A stretch of 64,000 nucleotides of DNA, taken from contig CAWHLB010000015.1 of assembly GCA_963830115.1 (NCBI GenBank), positions 129,178-193,177 of the forward strand, given 5' to 3'. The notes beneath the pieces were generated by a model. The model searched no databases, was not told where the DNA came from, and was given only the letters and a program-made list of their open reading frames with translations. A program made the translations under genes and the position numbers. The DNA comes from an uncultured delta proteobacterium (GTDB taxonomy: Bacteria > Myxococcota_A > Polyangia > Polyangiales > CAWHLB01). Positions 30,645-43,000 of the stretch are shown in pieces (position 1 is the first letter of the stretch; the number at the start of each line of letters is the position of its first letter).

Positions 30645-31148
30645 ATGCGTTGGTTGAAAGCAGCAGGAGTCGGCGTGGTCGGGAGCCTGGTCATGTTGGT
30701 GGTGATGAAGCCACTGATCGCGATGGGCGTGGCGCCGTTCAACGTGCCGCCATCCGCCGCATTCTTGGTGAAGCTCGGCCTCCCGGCCAAGCCGCTCGCG
30801 CTCCTCGTGCACCTCGGCTACGGCGCGAGCATGTCGGTCGCGCTCTATGCCATCGCGCGCGACGAGGTGAACCTGGCTCGCGGTCTGCTCTTCGCCGGTG
30901 GGTTGTGGCTCGTCATGATGGTCGTCTACTCGCCGATCATGGGGTGGGGCTTCTTCGGGTTCGGCGCGTCGGCATCGGCATTGCCGCCCACCCATCCATT
31001 GCACCTGGCGCCGGGCCCGAAGTACCTGATGGCGACCCTGGTCCTCCATCTACTGTATGGGGCCACCGTTGGGCTTCTGAACCAGCTGTGGGTCCGTCGC
31101 GAGCAACCGGCCGGGGTGGGCTTGGAGGCCGCCTCTCGTCGAGCCTGA
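30645..31148 (+). CDS. 4-TM membrane protein
   Basis: RBS AAGGAG; hydrophobic helices with paired HLGYG and HLLYG motifs. Confidence 0.75.
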   Translation: MRWLKAAGVGVVGSLVMLVVMKPLIAMGVAPFNVPPSAAFLVKLGLPAKPLALLVHLGYGASMSVALYAIARDEVNLARGLLFAGGLWLVMMVVYSPIMGWGFFGFGASASALPPTHPLHLAPGPKYLMATLVLHLLYGATVGLLNQLWVRREQPAGVGLEAASRRA

Positions 31149-31189
31149 TCGGCCCGAGGCGCTACCGCCACACGAGACGTCGCAGGTAG

Positions 31190-31233
31190 AGGGGCTCGAG
31201 CACTCGATAATCATCACGAGAGCTCGAGCCCCT
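31190..31233. terminator. Strong stem-loop downstream of 31148 (terminator-like)
   Basis: AGGGGCTCGAGC (31190-31201) pairs perfectly with GCTCGAGCCCCT (31222-31233), plus inner CTCG/CGAG; no clear U tract. Confidence 0.5.
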
Positions 31234-31408
31234 GCACATGACGGTGCGGCCCCCGCTGCCGGCAAGGTCCACCATGTGGGCTCCCGTGGTCGAGCCACCG
31301 TCGTTCCGTTCGACCGCTGTGGTACGGCTGCCGCGCATCGTGTCTCGTGGGAGACGATCGAAGGGCCACCGCCGGCTGTGCGCCCCACCGTTCGCGACAT
31401 GAGCGTGC

Positions 31409-31423
31409 TGGCACGCGCGTTGC
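31409..31423 (+). promoter_or_regulatory. sigma54 -24/-12 promoter of the alpha-2-macroglobulin operon
   Basis: TGGCACG-CGCG-TTGC, exact consensus, 55 bp before ATG 31478 (RBS GAGGGAG). Confidence 0.75.
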
Positions 31424-31477
31424 GTTGCGTGCGGGTCGGGGCCGCTCGGCGTTGGCCCCGATGGTGAGGGAGCCTGC

Positions 31478-34400
31478 ATGTACCGACTGAACCGGGCGCT
31501 CGGCGCGCTCCGTAGGCCGTCGATAGCCGTCGTCCGCGTCCTGGTCCCCCTTCTCGCGCTTTCCTGCGGCGGCGGGCAGCAGCCGCCCCCCCGGATTGCC
31601 CGTGTTGCCGGGGGAGCGCACGTGCTGCAGGCACGGGCCACGACCGAGGCGCCTGTCGATGTCCACGGCCCCGTTCGCGTCCTCAGCCACAGCCCCGAGG
31701 GCAAGACCGATGGCCATGTCGAGGTGTCGGCAATCTTCGATCGCCCGATGATCGCCCTCGATCGCGCCGACGCCACGCACGCGCCCGCAATCCGGTTCTC
31801 GCCGCCAGTGAACGCAGAGGAACGCTGGCTCGGGACACGGGTCGTCACGTTCGTCCCGACGGCGCCCCTGGCCGCTGCAACCCGCTATACGGTCACGGTC
31901 CCGTCGGGGACCCGTGCGATCGACGGGAACACCGTGGCCGCGGATGTGCAGTGGACCTTCTCGACGCCGCGGCCGACGGTGGCTCAATCCGATCCGCCCG
32001 AGGGATAGCGAGGCCAGCTCCCGACCCGGCAGGTCGACCTCTACTTCAATCAACGCGTGAGCCCGGGCGCCATCGCACGGGCGGCGTATTTCACGGCGAG
32101 CGGAGTCGATGGCCACATCGGCTTGACCGTATCGCGGCCCGACGCGGCCAATCCCAAGCGCGTTCGGGTCAAGGCTGTTCGCGCGTTTCCGCTGCCCTCC
32201 CGCGTCGAGCTGCACGTCCCGGCTGGGCTCGTCGGCGACGAGGGTCCCCTGCCGAGCGACCGAGAGTGGGTCACGGAGTTTCGCACCTACGGTCCCTTCC
32301 GCCTGGCGGTCGAGTGCACCGAGCGTCCCGGCGGATGCCATCCGGACGCGGCCCCCGCGCTCGAGTCCGACAATGCCTTCTCTCCGCGCGACGTGCGCCG
32401 ATTCATCCACGTCACGCCCGCGCTCGAGCGGCCCGCTTCGAGGGACAACGCCGTCGATGACCCCGAAACCCGGACGACCTACTACACGCTCGGGTACGGC
32501 CTCCGATACGGCCAGACGTACCGCGTGACGATATCACCCCAGCTTCGCGACGAATTCGGGCAGAGGTACAGTGGGCCGCGCACGCTGACGTTCAAGGGCG
32601 GGAGCTACCCCGCCTCGGCGCGCCTCGCCATGGACGGTCGCACCCTCGAAGCGTCGGCGAACGGGCGGATCGCGGCGCGCGCAGCGAACGTTCGCACCGC
32701 GAGGCTCAGGATCGCACGCGTCGCGCCGGACAAGCTCGGGCACTGGCTGTCCACGGTCGCCTCGAACACACCCATGGTGCCTGGGCACGATGGCGTCACC
32801 GAGCGGCTGCTCCGCCTGAATCTCGGTCCAGGAGACCGGCACGACCTGGCACTCCAGCTCGCGCCCGCCTTGCGCCACGGACACGGAATGGTCGCGGTCG
32901 AATTCGGGAGCGACCAGAGTGAGAGCTACGCGAAGTATCGCCGCGCCCTCGTGTCGGTGACCGACCTTGCAGAGACGGTGAAGGTCTCGCCCAACGGTGC
33001 CCTGGTCTGGGTCACCCGGCTCCACGATGCGAAGCCGGTCGAGGGCGCCCACGTGCAGGTGTTGCGCCGGGGCGCCTCGCCCACGGCCCTCGGCATCACC
33101 GACGCGAACGGGTTCGTGCATGCAACGGCCGCCCAAATCTACGGCGACGGGCGGTCGTCCGACGACGACGCGGAGAGGCTCGTCTTCCTCGCGACGACCG
33201 ACGATGATGCGACCTACGTCGCACCCGCCGAGACCGGCGTCTCCGCCTGGGACCTCGGGGTCCCGGTCGCTTGGGACGGCCCGAGCGCGAGCCTGGAGGG
33301 GTACGTCTTCCTCGAACGCGGCATCTATAGCCCAGGAGAAGACCTGCGCCTCGAGGGCGTCGTCCGTCGCTGGACCGACCACGGACTGATCAACGTACGC
33401 GGGAGCGTGCACGTGACGGTCACCGACAGCCAGGGCAACGCGTTCCATGAAGCAGACGTGGCCCTGTCCGACTTCGGAACGTTCGTCGAAAAGGCGCCCA
33501 TCCCCGCCAGCGCGCCGCTCGGACCCGTCCAGGTCGAAGCGACCATGGAAGGCCGGTCCTTCTCTGCGACCGCGACCGTGGAAGAGTACCAACCGGCCCA
33601 GTTCGAGGTGAGCGTCACTCCGCGCGCGGCCTCGGTTGTTCGCGGGCAGCCCGTCGACTTCGACATCGGGGGCGACTATCTCTTCGGCGCGCCCATGCAG
33701 GGGGCCCACGTGCGGTGGACCGCCACCTGGTCGAGGACGCCCCTCTCGGTGCCCGGCCTCGGCGCCTTCGTGTTCGGCGACGACGCATGGGATGGCAGCG
33801 AGAGCGAGGACTCGCAGACGGACGCCCTCGCCGACGGCGAAGGCGACCTGGGCGCCGAGGGGGACCTCACCGCGACGGTCGCGAGCCAAGGGCCGATGTT
33901 CGCCTGGCCGGCACGCATCGCTGTGGAGGCCACCGTCAGCGGGCTCGGCGGCCACCAGATCGCAAATCGCGCAAACATGCTCGTCATGCCCGCCGCCTTC
34001 GCCGTGGGTGTGAAGCAATCGTCCTGGCTCGCCCACGTCGGCGACCCGCACGAGGTCCAGGTCGTCGCCACCGACACGGCAGGGCATCGGCGCAAGGGCG
34101 TTCGGATCGACGTGACGACAGAGCAGGTGCGGTGGCGGTCGGTGCGCCGCGCCGGCGCGACCGGGGCCTTCAGCTACGAGACGACGGCCGTCCGAAGGCC
34201 CGACGGCTCCTGCCACGTCACGAGCGGCCAGGATCCGGTCGTGTGCCGCGTGGCCGTGAGCCGGCCCGGGATGCACGTCCTCCAGGTCCGCGCGATCGAT
34301 CGCGGCGGGCGGGTGACCAAGTCCCGCGTCAACTTCTGGGCGTGGGGCGGTCATGGATACGACTGGGCGATCGACCAGACGGCCAAGATCGCGCTCCGGC

Positions 34401-37138
34401 CGGATCGAGCCAGCTATCACATCGGTGATACGGCGCACATTCTCGTCCCCTCCCCCTACGATCACGCCGATGCCCTCATCACGGTGGAGCGCGCCGGCAT
34501 CGTCCACCAGGAACGCCGGACGTTGGTGGGCAACACGCCGACCATCGACGTGCCGATCACGAAGGCATTCGTGCCGAACGCGTTCGTCAGCGTGGTGCTG
34601 TTGCGCGGGCGGACCCCGCAGCACCGCGGTTCGAAGGACTCGGGGCGCCCCCAGTACAAGATGGGCACCGTGATGCTGAAGGCGGACGCGAGCGCCCACC
34701 GGCTCGAGGTCCAGGTCACGCCGGACGCAGCGAACAAACGCCCGGGCTCCGAGGTCTCGGTCGACGTCCACGTGCGGGATGTCTCCGGACGCCCGGTGGA
34801 CTCCGAGCTCGCGTTCTACGCGGTCGACGAGGGGGTGCTGAGCCTCACCGCCTATCGCACGCCCGACCCCTTCTCGGCGATGTATGCCACGCGCGGTCTC
34901 TCCGTGCGCACGGGCGAGAGCCGCACGTCGCTCATGACGCCCGTGGCACCCACGTCGATGGAGGACAAGGGTGGCGACGCCGGTGGTGGCGGCGGTGGTG
35001 GTGGTCCACCTCTTCGGAGTCGCTTTCGGGCGGTCGCGTTCTACGACGGGGCCGTTCTGACAGGCGCCGATGGCGACGCGATGGTGCGCTTCCGCCTTCC
35101 CGAAAACCTCACTCGCTTCCGGCTGATCGCAGTCGCTGCATCCCGTGGCGGCGAGCTCGGAAGCGGCGAATCGAGCGTGACGACATCGAAGCCGCTGCTG
35201 GTCCGCCCGATGCTGCCGACGTTCGTGCGGGTCGATGACACGATGCGCGCGGGGGTGGTCCTCCATTCGAAGCTCCATCACGCCGGAATGGCCACCGTGA
35301 CCGTCGAGGCCGACGGCATCGCCGTCGACGGCCCGCACGAGAAGCGGGTGCGGGTCGAAGCGGACGGCGGCGTCGAGGTGATGTTCGCCTTCCGCGCAAC
35401 ACAGCCCGGAAAGGCGCGCTTTCGGTTCCGCGCCCGCATGGACGGGAACGAGGACGGGGTCGAGGTCACGCGCCCCGTCGAGATGCCGGCAGACCTCGAG
35501 ACGGTGACCGCCTATGGGCAGACGCAGGGCCACGTCCGCGAGCAACTCGTGCCGGCTCGGGGCGTGCGGCACGACGTCGGTGGGCTCGAGGTCACGGTTG
35601 CCTCGAGCGCCCTGGTGGGACTGAAGGATCCCGTGCGCGCGCTGATCGACTACCCCTACGAGTGCACCGAGCAGCTCAGCTCGAAGCTGATTCCCCTCGC
35701 TTCGTTCGAGGATCTCGCGAGCGTGTTCGGGCTGCCCCACGGGGACGATCTCACCCACCGGATCGACGACACGATTCACACGATCGAGAAGCGCCAGCGC
35801 TGGGATGGATCGCTTGGGCTGTGGTCGGCGGACGATGCCTGGCGTGACCAAGAGTTCGACGCGTTTCTCACCGCCTATGCGCTCATCGCCCTCGACACCG
35901 CCAAGAAGCACGGCCACGCGGTGGACGCGGACGCGCTCCGCAGCGGCGAGAGGTTCCTCGAGAGCTACCTGCGGTATCGGAGCACATCGAGCGTCTGGAG
36001 TCGTGTGGCGCAGGGGTATGCGGCCTACGCGCTCGCGTCCCTCGGAGCCCCCGACGCCTCGGCGAACACCTTCCTCTTCGAGCACCGGACCGACCTTCCC
36101 CTCGAGAGCCGGGCGATGCTGGCCCACACGATCCTGCTCTCCCACGGGGACCGAGCCGCCGTGGCCGAGTTGCTCCGCGACGTCGCGAACCACGCACGCC
36201 AGACCGCGGCGGAAGCCCATCTCGCGGAGAACTTCGGCGACGGCTACCAGACGATGATGGCGTCCGACGCACGGTCGACCGCCATCTGGCTGCGCGCGCT
36301 TCTGGCGTTCCAGCCCGACAGTCCGCTCGTGACGAAGATCGTGCGCTGGCTCGTGGGTGTGCGGCGCCCCGACGGCGGCTGGGAGAACACCCAGGAGACC
36401 ACCTGGGCCCTCCTCGCGCTCAACGACTACTACCGCGCCCGCGAGCAACAGACGCCCCGCTTCGATGCCAGGGTGTCCATGGGCTCACGCGTGCTGAGCG
36501 CGCATTTCGAGGGGCACAGCCTGCGCGCCCAGCGCATGACCGTGCCGGCCGCCCAGCTGCCGAGCACCGACAGCGTGATCGACATCATGCGCGACGGGGT
36601 CGGGACGCTGTTCTACGCGGCACGCTTCCAGTACGCCCGCGCCGACCTGCCCCACGACCCGCTCGACCGTGGATTCATCGTCCAGCGACGCTACGAACGG
36701 CTCGTCACGCGGGGCGGGGGCGTCGAGGCGACCGGCGGGCCGACCACCCGATTCCATCGAGGCGACCTGGTGCGGGTGACCCTCGATGTGGTGGTCACGC
36801 AGCGACGGAACTTCGTCGTCGTCGACGACCCGACGCCGCCGGGACTGCAGGTGGTCAACTTCGCCCTCGCGACCGCGACACGATCCTATGGGTCCGGCGA
36901 CGACTCGGAGCCCATCACGGTCGGCCGTCCCTACGACCCATTCGAGCACCGCGAGGTTCGGCACGACCGCGTCGTGCTCGCCGTCCACGCCCTCGAACCG
37001 GGCATCTACCGCGCCACGTATGTCGCGCGGGCAGTGACGGCCGGCCACTACGCCGTTCCCCCGACGATGGCTGAGGAGATGTATACACCCGAGACGTTTG
37101 GTCGTACCGCGGGTGCGGTGGTCGAGGTCGCCCCGTGA
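31478..37138 (+). CDS. Alpha-2-macroglobulin-family lipoprotein with N-terminal Ig-like domains (in-frame TAG at 32006-32008)
   Basis: Lipobox ALSC; ERGIYSPGE, VEEYQP, AVDEGVL, thioester YPYECTEQ, WENTQET, AEEMYTPE; ORFs 31478..32008 and 32057..37138 are in the same frame. Confidence 0.92.
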
Positions 37139-39438
37139 CCTCGCGGCGATGGCGACCATGGCCGACGATGCGCGGTCGAGCTCGGGCCGTGAGCCCGACG
37201 CGCAGGCCCCGGGCGAGGTTGCTCGCTCTGGTCTTGGCGTTGGTCGGACTCGCCTGCCTCGTCTACGTGCCGCCCCTGCCTCACGCCCTTCGCCAGGGCG
37301 CAAGGGCCCCTCGCTCTGTTCGGTTCGTCGACGCCGAAGGGCGGGAGCTCTGCGAGACGACCGACGCCCGGGAGCAGTACAGGCGCTGGGCTCGCCTCGA
37401 CGAGATCCCGCGAACGCTGATCGACGCCGTCATCGCCTCGGAGGACGGCCACTTCCTCGAGCATCCCGGCGTCGACCCCATCGGTGTGGTGCGCGCGGCT
37501 TGGCTCGACGTGCGCCACCGACGGATCGTTTCGGGAGCCTCGACGATCACCATGCAGGTCGTCCGGATGGCCTTCGGATTGCCGCGGACGGTCATCGGCA
37601 AGATTGAACAGGGAGCGCTTGCGCTCTGGCTCGAACGGCGCATGAGCAAGCGCGCGATCCTCGAGGCCTATCTGAACCTCGCGCCCTTCGGGCGAAACAT
37701 CGTCGGGGTCGACGAGGCGGCACGGACCTTCTTTGGCAAGTCGCCGGCACACCTGACCCTCGGCGAGGCCGCCGCCCTCGCGACACTGCCGCGCGCGCCG
37801 ACCGGCTACGACCCGTACCGAAGGGTTGCATCTCTCATCCCACGGCGCGCACACATCTTGTCGCTCATGGCCGACGCGGGGACGATCACTCGCGCCGATG
37901 AGGCACGGGCGAGCGCGGAGCCTCTCCGGCTCTCGCACGCCTCCCGTCCCTTCGTGGCCCCGCATTTCGTGCTCGCTGCGCGCGCCGAGGCGCGTCGAGA
38001 CCGCATGCGCAAGGGTGCGGTCGCGGTCCGCACGACCCTCGATCCCCGGGCTCAGGCGGCAGCGGAGACGGCCTGCAGCTCTGGTCGTCGACCACCTCGA
38101 GGACCGGCACGTGACGAACTGTGCGGTCGTCGTCATGCGCGTATCGACGGGCGACATCCTCGCCATGGTCGGATCGGCCCACTTCTTCGATCCGGCCCAC
38201 GATGGGCAAGTCAACGGCGCGCTGGCCCTGCGCCAACCCGGAAGCGCCCTCAAGCCGTTCGTCTACGGGCTCGCGTTCGAACGGGGCCTCACCCCCGCCA
38301 CGGCGATCGCGGACGAAGCCGCGCGCTTCGCAACCGCAGAGGGCGACTTCATTCCCCGCAACTACGACAATCGCTTTCATGGCCCGGTACGCGCGCGGGA
38401 GGCGCTCGCCAACTCCTACAACATTCCGGCTGCGCGCGTGGCCGAGTCGGTGGGCCCGGGGGCGATCCTCGAGCGGCTTCACGCGCTCGGGTTCGGTTCG
38501 CTCGACGAGAGCGCAGACCACTATGGTGTCGCCATCGCGTTGGGAGACGGGGAGGTGCGGCTCGTCGAGCTCGCGGGGGCATACGCGACTATCGCCCGCG
38601 GTGGGGAATACCTGACACCGCGCATGGTCGCCGCGTTCGACCGGCGGACAGCGAGTGGGGCTCTCGTGACCAACCGCGTGCCGCGAGAGGCACCCCGCCG
38701 CGTCATGCCCAGAGCGGTCGCCTTTTTGCTCACGGACATTCTTTCGGATCGGAGCGCGCGTCTGCCGGCGTTTGGCGGATCGAGCGCCCTCGAGCTTCCG
38801 TTCCCGGCGGCCGCCAAGACGGGAACTTCGAAGAACTACCGAGACAACTGGACCATCGGGTTCGCGGGCGACGTGGTCGTGGCCGCGTGGGTCGGGAACT
38901 TCGACGGGTCACCGATGCGCGGCGTGAGCGGCGTGACTGGCGCGGCGCCCGTCTTCCGATTGGTCCTCGCCTCGGTGCTCGGCAGGGGCGCCCCGAGCGC
39001 GCGGGTCGCACCGCCCGCGCACGTGGTCTCGGCACGGATCTGCCCGCTTTCGGGGAGCTCGCTGGACCGGGCTGCCCCCACAGCATCGAGGAGTACTTCC
39101 TCGAAGGAACGGCCCCGACCACGCTGTGTCACCTCCAGGGCGCCGGCGCCGAGCCCCGGAACGACGGTCCCGTCGCGATCGTCGAGCCGCACGACGGCGA
39201 TCGATACATGCTCGATCCGACGCGGAGCGCAGCGAGTCAGGCAATTCCCATTCGCGCCCGTGGAACCGCCGTCGGCCGTCTCCGCCTGACGATGGATGGT
39301 CGCCCGCTCGCAACCGGCGTGAGCGAGGTGCTCTGGACTCCCGTCCCCGGCACGCACCGCATCCTGGCGAGCGACGGGGCTCACTCGACGTCGGTCGTGA
39401 TCCACGTCGGCGGCGTCACGCGATCGGCACGGAGATAG
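37135..39438 (+). CDS. pbpC: Penicillin-binding protein 1C (frameshifts near 38080 and 39055)
   Basis: Transglycosylase SEDGHF, GASTITMQ, YLNLAPFG; transpeptidase PGSALKPF, NSYN, AKTGTS in the 37826 frame; C-terminal domain back in the first frame; canonical partner of A2M. Confidence 0.9.
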   Translation: MTSRRWRPWPTMRGRARAVSPTRRPRARLLALVLALVGLACLVYVPPLPHALRQGARAPRSVRFVDAEGRELCETTDAREQYRRWARLDEIPRTLIDAVIASEDGHFLEHPGVDPIGVVRAAWLDVRHRRIVSGASTITMQVVRMAFGLPRTVIGKIEQGALALWLERRMSKRAILEAYLNLAPFGRNIVGVDEAARTFFGKSPAHLTLGEAAALATLPRAPTGYDPYRRVASLIPRRAHILSLMADAGTITRADEARASAEPLRLSHASRPFVAPHFVLAARAEARRDRMRKGAVAVRTTLDPRAQAAAETACSSGRRPPRGPARDELCGRRHARIDGRHPRHGRIGPLLRSGPRWASQRRAGPAPTRKRPQAVRLRARVRTGPHPRHGDRGRSRALRNRRGRLHSPQLRQSLSWPGTRAGGARQLLQHSGCARGRVGGPGGDPRAASRARVRFARRERRPLWCRHRVGRRGGAARRARGGIRDYRPRWGIPDTAHGRRVRPADSEWGSRDQPRAARGTPPRHAQSGRLFAHGHSFGSERASAGVWRIERPRASVPGGRQDGNFEELPRQLDHRVRGRRGRGRVGRELRRVTDARRERRDWRGARLPIGPRLGARQGRPERAGRTARARGLGTDLPAFGELAGPGCPHSIEEYFLEGTAPTTLCHLQGAGAEPRNDGPVAIVEPHDGDRYMLDPTRSAASQAIPIRARGTAVGRLRLTMDGRPLATGVSEVLWTPVPGTHRILASDGAHSTSVVIHVGGVTRSARR

Positions 39439-39563
39439 AACGCTCACGGGCAGACCGGACCGGGAGAGGCCGATCGATGCCTTGCTCGCGCACGCCGCAG
39501 TCCCCCACTGACGTAGCTCGTCATGGCCCGTCGTGGGCGCGCGGTCGGGTAGACTGGGAGCCT

Positions 39564-41241
39564 ATGCCAGAGGTTGATTCATCCTGCTGGAGAGTGCGGG
39601 GCTCGATCGTGGGGGCGCGGTGGGGGCGCGCCGCCGGCCTGTGCGGGCTCGTCGCGGTGCTCGCGTCGGGTGCGTGCAGCGGACACGGGTCGTCGACCAC
39701 GGGCCGGTCGGCGGGAGCGACGACCACAGGGCACTCGCCCGACCCCGGGGGACGGTCGCCCTCGTCGCCCTCGTCGCCCTCACCCGGTTCGAAACGGGGG
39801 GCGAACGCCGGTCCTGGCGCCAACGACGCGATTGTCGACCTGCTTCACGCAGTGCCGTCGACCGTGCTCGTGTCCTCCGCCTTTCGCAGCCGCCTCACAG
39901 AGGCGCAGAACCTCGTCGACGGCGACCTGGCGACCGCCTGGGACTCGGCGACCGGCGATTCTCGTCGGGGCCTTCATCGAGGTGCGCGTGCCCCCTGAAG
40001 CCAGGGTGACGGCGATTGCGATGACCGCCGGCTACACGGGGCACGGTGGCCCGGTCGACCTCTTCACGGGGAACCACCGCGTCGCCTCCGTTCACATCCG
40101 GCACGGGGACGTGGACCTCGGGGTGCATTCCCTCGACACATCGTCGCGCGAGATGCAGCGCATTCCCATCGTCGCCGGCGGCGGGACGTACCGGATTGAG
40201 ATCGCCGCCCTGGTCGACGGGTCCCATCCCGCCTGGCAGGAGACCTGCATCTCGGAGCTGCGTGTGATGGGCCACGCCCCCGGACAACGGCCCGGCGAGC
40301 TCACGCCGAAGGTCGTGCTCGCCCCCCAGCGTCGAGCCCACGACGACGCCATGTACATCGCGGTGCCCCGGAAGCTCGTGAGGTTCGACGCCGATGGCCA
40401 GGTGCAGGTGCGAGACCATGTCTACGCCATCGCCGAGGGGCCCGGCAGGGCGCTCTACGCTGCGACGGAGGACGATGTCCGCACGCTTCCCGACCTGGAC
40501 CGGCACGTCGCACCGATCCTCAACAGCCTCGGCTCCTTCGTGACAGGCCTCGCGCTGCAGCGCGACGGCCAGCTCTGGCTCGTCACGATTTCGAACCTCG
40601 CGCACTTCGACGGAAGGTCGTGGGAGGAGCTGCGAGCGCGACCCTTTGGCTGGGACGTGAGGGATGTCACCGTCACACGCGATGGCACCGTCTGGGTCTC
40701 GACGCGCGGTGGCCTGTACCGACGGCGAGGCCCGGGCTTCGAGGCCGTGACGATCGAGGGCGTTCGGTCGGCCACGTTCGGCCAGTTCGTCCAGGGCGCG
40801 CAGCGCCCCACGCTGGCGTCGGACGCGGGGCTCGTCGCGTACCATCATGGGCACTGGGCCCTCACGCCGATGCACGTTCCGGAGCCGCTCCGCGGAGGCG
40901 CGTTTCGCTCGGATGGAGCGTTCGCCACCAGCGACGGTGCCGAGCTGGTGGTCGTGCTGCCCAACGGAAAGCAGCAAACCCTCGACCTGTCGTCGATCGT
41001 GCCAGGCGTCCACACCCTCGGCCCCATCGAGTGGGACGCCGCGGGCCGCGTATGGGCATCGACCGGTACGGGGATCGTCGTGGTCGACGCCGGCCTCCGG
41101 ACCGTGCTCCGCGCCTACACGCCCGAGTCGATTCCGGGCCTCGATGGCAGGAAGATCACCCGCATCCTCTGCCGAGGCGCGTGCGTGACGCTTCCCGGCC
41201 ACGCGTTCGAGCCGGCCGCGCACCACGGAACGCATCCCTGA
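39564..41241 (+). CDS. Lipoprotein with discoidin-like glycan-binding domain and beta-propeller (frameshift near 39958)
   Basis: Lipobox SGAC; VSS..NLVDGDLATAW, corrected TGDLVGAFIEV..ISELRVMG; propeller repeats RDGQLWL, RDGTVWV, DAAGRVW. Confidence 0.7.
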
Positions 41242-41350
41242 GCACGGGGCGCGACCGGATGACGTGGGACGCTCTTCGACCCCGCGTGAAGGCAGACCGG
41301 TCACGGCAGGGAGGGCCGCGACCGGCCCGCGGGCCGAGCTCACCGCGCCC

Positions 41351-42514
41351 TCACCGAAGCCGGTACCTGGCGCCTTCGCGCAGGGCCTTCAACGTGTAGA
41401 AACGCTCCCGCCAGTAGATGCCGCCGCGCAGGAGGGCGAGCACGCCGGTCCGCACGAAGAGCCACGCCGCGGTGGTGGTCCCGAGCGGCACGAGCAACGC
41501 GGGCACGGACGGCTGCCGCACCCAGCGGTTCACCGCCACCGAGACGGAGACTGCGAGGACGCACACCGCCGCGGCCGACAGGCGGAGGACGAGGGGGGTC
41601 GTGGGCCAGACGAGGGCGAGGAAGGGCGCGAGCTCGAGCGACCACAGGACGAGCCCGCCCGCGATGAGGCCACGCGGGCCGATGGCGGCCACGCCCGCCA
41701 CCTTCTCCACCTTGCGCGCCATGTCGCCCACCGACGTGTAGAACTCGAGCCCCATGGCGCCGCGACCGTTCACCATGGCCTGACGTGCACCCGCCCGTTT
41801 CAGCATCTGCCCGAGGGCGATGTCGTCGCCGATCTCCATCCTCAGCCACTCGAGGCCCGGCGTCCTGTCGTAGGCGCTCCGGCGCACGAGGTTGAAGGCG
41901 CCGCACCCGAAGGAAGCGCTCGAGGCCGCGTCGCCGACCGACCAGGCGCGCGTCGAGACGAGCAGGAGCCGCACCATGGTCGCCATGACGGCGTCGAGAG
42001 CGACTCCGCGGGACCATACGGTCGGCAGCGCGCCGACGTGGTCGACGCCGCGCGCTTCGGCCCACGCGATCACGGTGCGGAGTGTGTCGGGAGCGAGGTG
42101 CACGTCCGCATCCGAGAAGAGCAGCCACTGCCCGCTCGACGCCGCGACCCCGCAGTGCATGGCGTACAGCTTGCCGAGCCATTCGGAGGGCAGGTCCGCG
42201 ACGTGGATGGCCGTGACCCGTTCGTCGCGGGCCGCCACCGCATCGACGATCGGTCCCGTGCCGTCGGTCGAGCGGTCGTCGACGACGACGATCTCGAGAT
42301 CCGGGTAGTCCTGTGCGAGCTTGGACGCGAGCGCGGGCTCGATGTGGCGCACCTCGTCGCGCGCGGGCACGACGATCGACACCTTCGGCCACACGGGCGG
42401 CGGCGGGGCCTCCATGCGCTCGACCACGGGCACCGTGCGCACCACCCGTATCAGGACGATGGCGTGGAGCGTCCATACGACGATGCCGATGGCGACCAGG
42501 ACTGGGGGGATCAT
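41351..42514 (-). CDS. Glycosyltransferase family 2, membrane-bound (lipid/terpenoid GT type)
   Basis: SIVVPARDE, VDDRSTDGT, WLGKLYA, FSDADV, GAFNLVRR, GDDIALG, C-terminal TMs and IYWRER. Confidence 0.9.
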   Translation of the reverse strand: MIPPVLVAIGIVVWTLHAIVLIRVVRTVPVVERMEAPPPPVWPKVSIVVPARDEVRHIEPALASKLAQDYPDLEIVVVDDRSTDGTGPIVDAVAARDERVTAIHVADLPSEWLGKLYAMHCGVAASSGQWLLFSDADVHLAPDTLRTVIAWAEARGVDHVGALPTVWSRGVALDAVMATMVRLLLVSTRAWSVGDAASSASFGCGAFNLVRRSAYDRTPGLEWLRMEIGDDIALGQMLKRAGARQAMVNGRGAMGLEFYTSVGDMARKVEKVAGVAAIGPRGLIAGGLVLWSLELAPFLALVWPTTPLVLRLSAAAVCVLAVSVSVAVNRWVRQPSVPALLVPLGTTTAAWLFVRTGVLALLRGGIYWRERFYTLKALREGARYRLR

Positions 42515-42706
42515 GGGCAGGCTGCGATAGCACGAGTCGCGCCGTCGCCACATCCCTCACCATCGCGCGGCCCGGAGATCGCGAGGCTGACACCACGGCA
42601 TCGGGGGCGGTCCCCCGTCGCGAACGCGTGCCAAGATGGCAGCTGCCCACGACGAGGCACCGTTCGGCCGCGGCACCTCCGCGGTCGGTCCGCGCGCCGC
42701 GTTCCG

Positions 42707-42961
42707 CTACTGCGCCCGCTGCAGCGGGAAGCCGGGCTTTCCCTGCGCCGTGAGGACCATGTGCGTGGGATCGGTGAAGATGGCCGTGCTCGTCTTCGTC
42801 CCGTGGTCGTCCGTCGTGCGCATCGTGACCGAGTGAGCGTCGCTCGCGGTGACCTCGTAGTGCCCCGGCTGTGTCTTCGGCGTATGGGTCATGGGATTGT
42901 TGATCGTGACGGAGAAGGTGCCTTCGTTTCCGAACTTAAACCGGGGCTGCATGGCGGCCAT
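42707..42961 (-). CDS. Small hypothetical beta-rich protein, possibly a 5'-truncated lipocalin-like fragment
   Basis: FKFGNEGTFSV..GHYEV..MVLT..LQR with coding-like codon use; no signal peptide. Confidence 0.45.
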   Translation of the reverse strand: MAAMQPRFKFGNEGTFSVTINNPMTHTPKTQPGHYEVTASDAHSVTMRTTDDHGTKTSTAIFTDPTHMVLTAQGKPGFPLQRAQ

Positions 42962-43000
42962 GAACGTGAGCCCCAGGCAGCCCGACCCCGCCCGACGAGG

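Noticed and set aside
31240-31400. Cobalamin riboswitch (GCGGCCCCCGCTGCCG resembles part of the core)
   Set aside because: The AGGGAA..GGTG..AATCC and ACTGT elements are missing and the downstream gene is unrelated to B12.
32006-32008. Pyrrolysine or amber read-through in the A2M gene
   Set aside because: No pyl genes seen, TAG is a normal stop elsewhere in the window, and one substitution gives TCG within a GATC.
32534-36448. Long antisense and alternative-frame ORFs (32534..36448 -, 1431..3395 +, 28484..30466 +, 48603..50438 -, 60018..61949 -)
   Set aside because: Shadow ORFs of GC-rich genes; Arg/Gly/Pro-rich with no motifs.
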